Below are positions 45,956 to 47,525 of a stretch of DNA of 47,525 bases, piece after piece; within the stretch, counting starts at the first letter, position 1; each line of letters begins with the position of its first letter. The notes under the pieces are model-generated. The model was given only the letters and a program-made list of their open reading frames with translations. It searched no databases and was not told the origin of the DNA. The position numbers and the translations under genes were made by a program. The stretch is from an uncultured Flavobacteriales bacterium (GTDB lineage Bacteria; Bacteroidota; Bacteroidia; Flavobacteriales_E; Vicingaceae). The stretch covers positions 1 through 47,525 of the forward strand of contig CAJXRL010000001.1 of NCBI GenBank assembly GCA_913059105.1. Direction: 5' to 3'.

Positions 45956-46640
45956 TAGGTCTAAATCTTAAATAATGAATGTTGTGTCCTTTCTCAGTAA
46001 AAATTTGCTCATAATGCGTTTTAATGTTCAATATTTCTTGAAAGTCTGTATCAAAATTTTGAATTCCTTCTTTGTATAAATTGTCTGTTTTAAACAGCAC
46101 TTCATATCCATTGTTTAAACATTCTTCCACACTAAATTCATAGAAAAAGTCGCTGTCTGTTTTCAAGTGAATGATGCCGTCAGGTTTTAAAAATTTCTTG
46201 TACCGGTCTATAAATAAAGGTCCAGTTAATCGCTTCTTCTCCCTGCGGTCTTTCATTTGTGGATCTGGGAACGTAATCCAAATTTCATCTACCTCATTTT
46301 CTGCGAAACAACCTTCAATAAATTCGATTCTAGTTCTTAAAAAGGCAATGTTCTTTAAGTTTTCTTCTTCCGCTGTTTTAGCGCCTCTCCACATTCGGGC
46401 ACCTTTAATGTCAACTCCAATAAAGTTCTTGTCTGGGAATTTTCGCCCCATTCCAACGCTATACTCCCCTTTACCGCAGCCAAACTCAACTACCAAAGGG
46501 CTGTCATTTTTGAAGAAGTCTTTTCTCCAGTTGCCCTTCATCTTGTAGTCCGTTCTAAAAACTTCATCCAATTCAGGTTCGAAGGCATGCGGGAAAACTT
46601 TCATTTCCGCAAAGTGCTCTAGTTTTTTCTTTCCAGCCAT
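45945..46640 (-). CDS. trmB: tRNA (guanine46-N7)-methyltransferase
   Basis: SAM-binding VVEFGCGKGEY and the FPDPQMKDRREKKR motif. Length is 231 aa. Confidence 0.9.
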   Translation of the reverse strand: MAGKKKLEHFAEMKVFPHAFEPELDEVFRTDYKMKGNWRKDFFKNDSPLVVEFGCGKGEYSVGMGRKFPDKNFIGVDIKGARMWRGAKTAEEENLKNIAFLRTRIEFIEGCFAENEVDEIWITFPDPQMKDRREKKRLTGPLFIDRYKKFLKPDGIIHLKTDSDFFYEFSVEECLNNGYEVLFKTDNLYKEGIQNFDTDFQEILNIKTHYEQIFTEKGHNIHYLRFRPNGG

Positions 46641-46642
46641 GC

Positions 46643-47478
46643 TTATTTGTAACCTAATAATTTGTCCATCGTCTCGCTTGAAACTGAATGGTAATTTGGT
46701 CTCGCTTTTTCATAAATAGCCAAAGCAGCAGGCAAGCCACCTTCAGATTTTAACAATGCTTTATAAATAGGCGTTAAAAACTTGCGTCGTCCAACTTCAA
46801 CTAAAAAGTCCTCTACGGTATTACCAAGTCCTTCATAATTGTTCGGAATTACTTTCTCGAACCAAGCAGCTTTAATTTCTGAGTTGCCAGATTGGGTGAA
46901 TGCAAATGCTGCATCTAATTCACTCATCTGTTTTTGATTCAATGTATCATTTATCAAATTAATAAAATGCAACCATTGTGGTGTTACCCAGTCGGAAGAA
47001 TTAATAGCGCTGGCTTTTCCTCCATTGGTCCACTTGGCTAATTCACTTTCAACTGTTTCAAATTTGGTAGAAGTTATTTTTGGGCAATTCTCAGGTAAAC
47101 CTTCTTCAAATATCCATTTTCTTGGTTGAATTGTTTTTTCCCAATCTGCGTTTTTACTTAAGAGTTCTTTATCCAAATAGTCTAGAAACGAATCAGTAGT
47201 CATCACTTTAAATTTGAAAGTATTGAAGTACGTCTTTAAGAAATTGTCCCATTCCTCTCGACCTATTGTTTCTTCCATCAATTTTAATAAAAAGAAGCCT
47301 TTATCATAAGGTATTCCTGTTAATCCATCATCCGGATTTCTTCCTTCTAAATCTACTCTTAATCTTGTATCCGCAGCACGGTTTTCGCTGTTCAACCATA
47401 CAATCTCATCTTGCAAATCTTGGTAAGATAATAGAGCGAGCATATTCGCAAAATCTTTACCGAAGATTTCCTCCATGA
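46643..47478 (-). CDS. M1 family aminopeptidase, C-terminal (leukotriene A4 hydrolase C-like) part only; 5' end cut by the contig/adapter boundary
   Basis: The frame is open up to the adapter junction. The sequence (GIPYDKGFFLLKLMEETIGREEWDNFLKTYFNTFKF...) matches the region after the catalytic domain plus the helical ARM-like C-terminal domain of M1 peptidases. The MEE start in the track is probably an internal Met. Confidence 0.75.
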
Positions 47479-47525
47479 CTGTCTCTTATACACATCTCCG
47501 AGCCCACGAGACAGGCAGAAATCTC
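47479..47525. other. Illumina Nextera adapter (reverse complement of 1-47); sequencing artefact
   Basis: CTGTCTCTTATACACATCT + CCGAGCCCACGAGAC + AGGCAGAA + ATCTC. Confidence 0.95.

Noticed and set aside
1-47525. A 47.5-kb element bounded by perfect 47-bp terminal inverted repeats that include Tn5 transposon ends, which could be read as a giant composite transposon.
   Set aside because: The repeats are exactly the Nextera i7 adapter, index and mosaic end. No transposase is present, and the flanked genes are ordinary housekeeping genes cut mid-ORF. This is a library artefact.
1-47525. A search for tRNA/rRNA genes, CRISPR arrays, integrases, transposases, toxin-antitoxin pairs and known defence-system genes.
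   Set aside because: I found none of the following: T-loop/acceptor-stem patterns, regularly spaced direct repeats, or ORFs with recombinase, nuclease-helicase or other defence-type motifs.

Overview
The window is an AT-rich chromosomal contig of about 47.4 kb from a Bacteroidota (Flavobacteriia-like) organism. Lineage markers are a fused LpxC/FabZ, a PorX-type receiver-PglZ regulator, TAnnTTTG-type promoter boxes and a purH-mreBCD-mrdA-rodA block. Both ends (1-47 and 47479-47525) are Illumina Nextera adapter, not biology, so the terminal genes (ribD, M1 peptidase) are truncated. Most of the window is housekeeping: prmC, fbp, lysC, a lipid A cluster (lpxD, lpxC/fabZ, lpxA, a second lpxD) with efp, tsaE, an AlaDH-family gene, mfd, purH, the rod-shape operon, Nfu/Mrp Fe-S carriers and trmB. 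I found no rRNA, tRNA, CRISPR array, transposase or integrase. The most interesting locus is 31706-34534 on the minus strand. It holds a DTE-motif proteorhodopsin (Met at the spectral-tuning site, Schiff-base Lys present). A strong intrinsic terminator follows it. Next comes one 671-aa ORF that fuses a full-length CrtY-type lycopene cyclase in-frame to a full-length Brp/Blh beta-carotene 15,15'-dioxygenase, giving a one-polypeptide route from lycopene to retinal. I do not know this fusion as a characterised architecture. Next to it is a small accessory-looking stretch (29810-31700). It contains an unusually long convergent non-coding region with a 12-bp perfect inverted repeat and tandem promoter-like repeats, an orphan membrane ORF, and an apparently decaying outer-membrane beta-barrel gene. 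Other points worth a second look:
- a Fur-family regulator divergent from a lipoprotein plus TonB-dependent receptor pair
- tandem Wzz-like paralogs followed by a Wzy_C-type ligase
- a GAF-PP2C phosphatase translationally coupled to the second lpxD
- a Cys-less (PAHRV) alkyltransferase-like protein
- a 563-bp non-coding gap after rodA with strong hairpins
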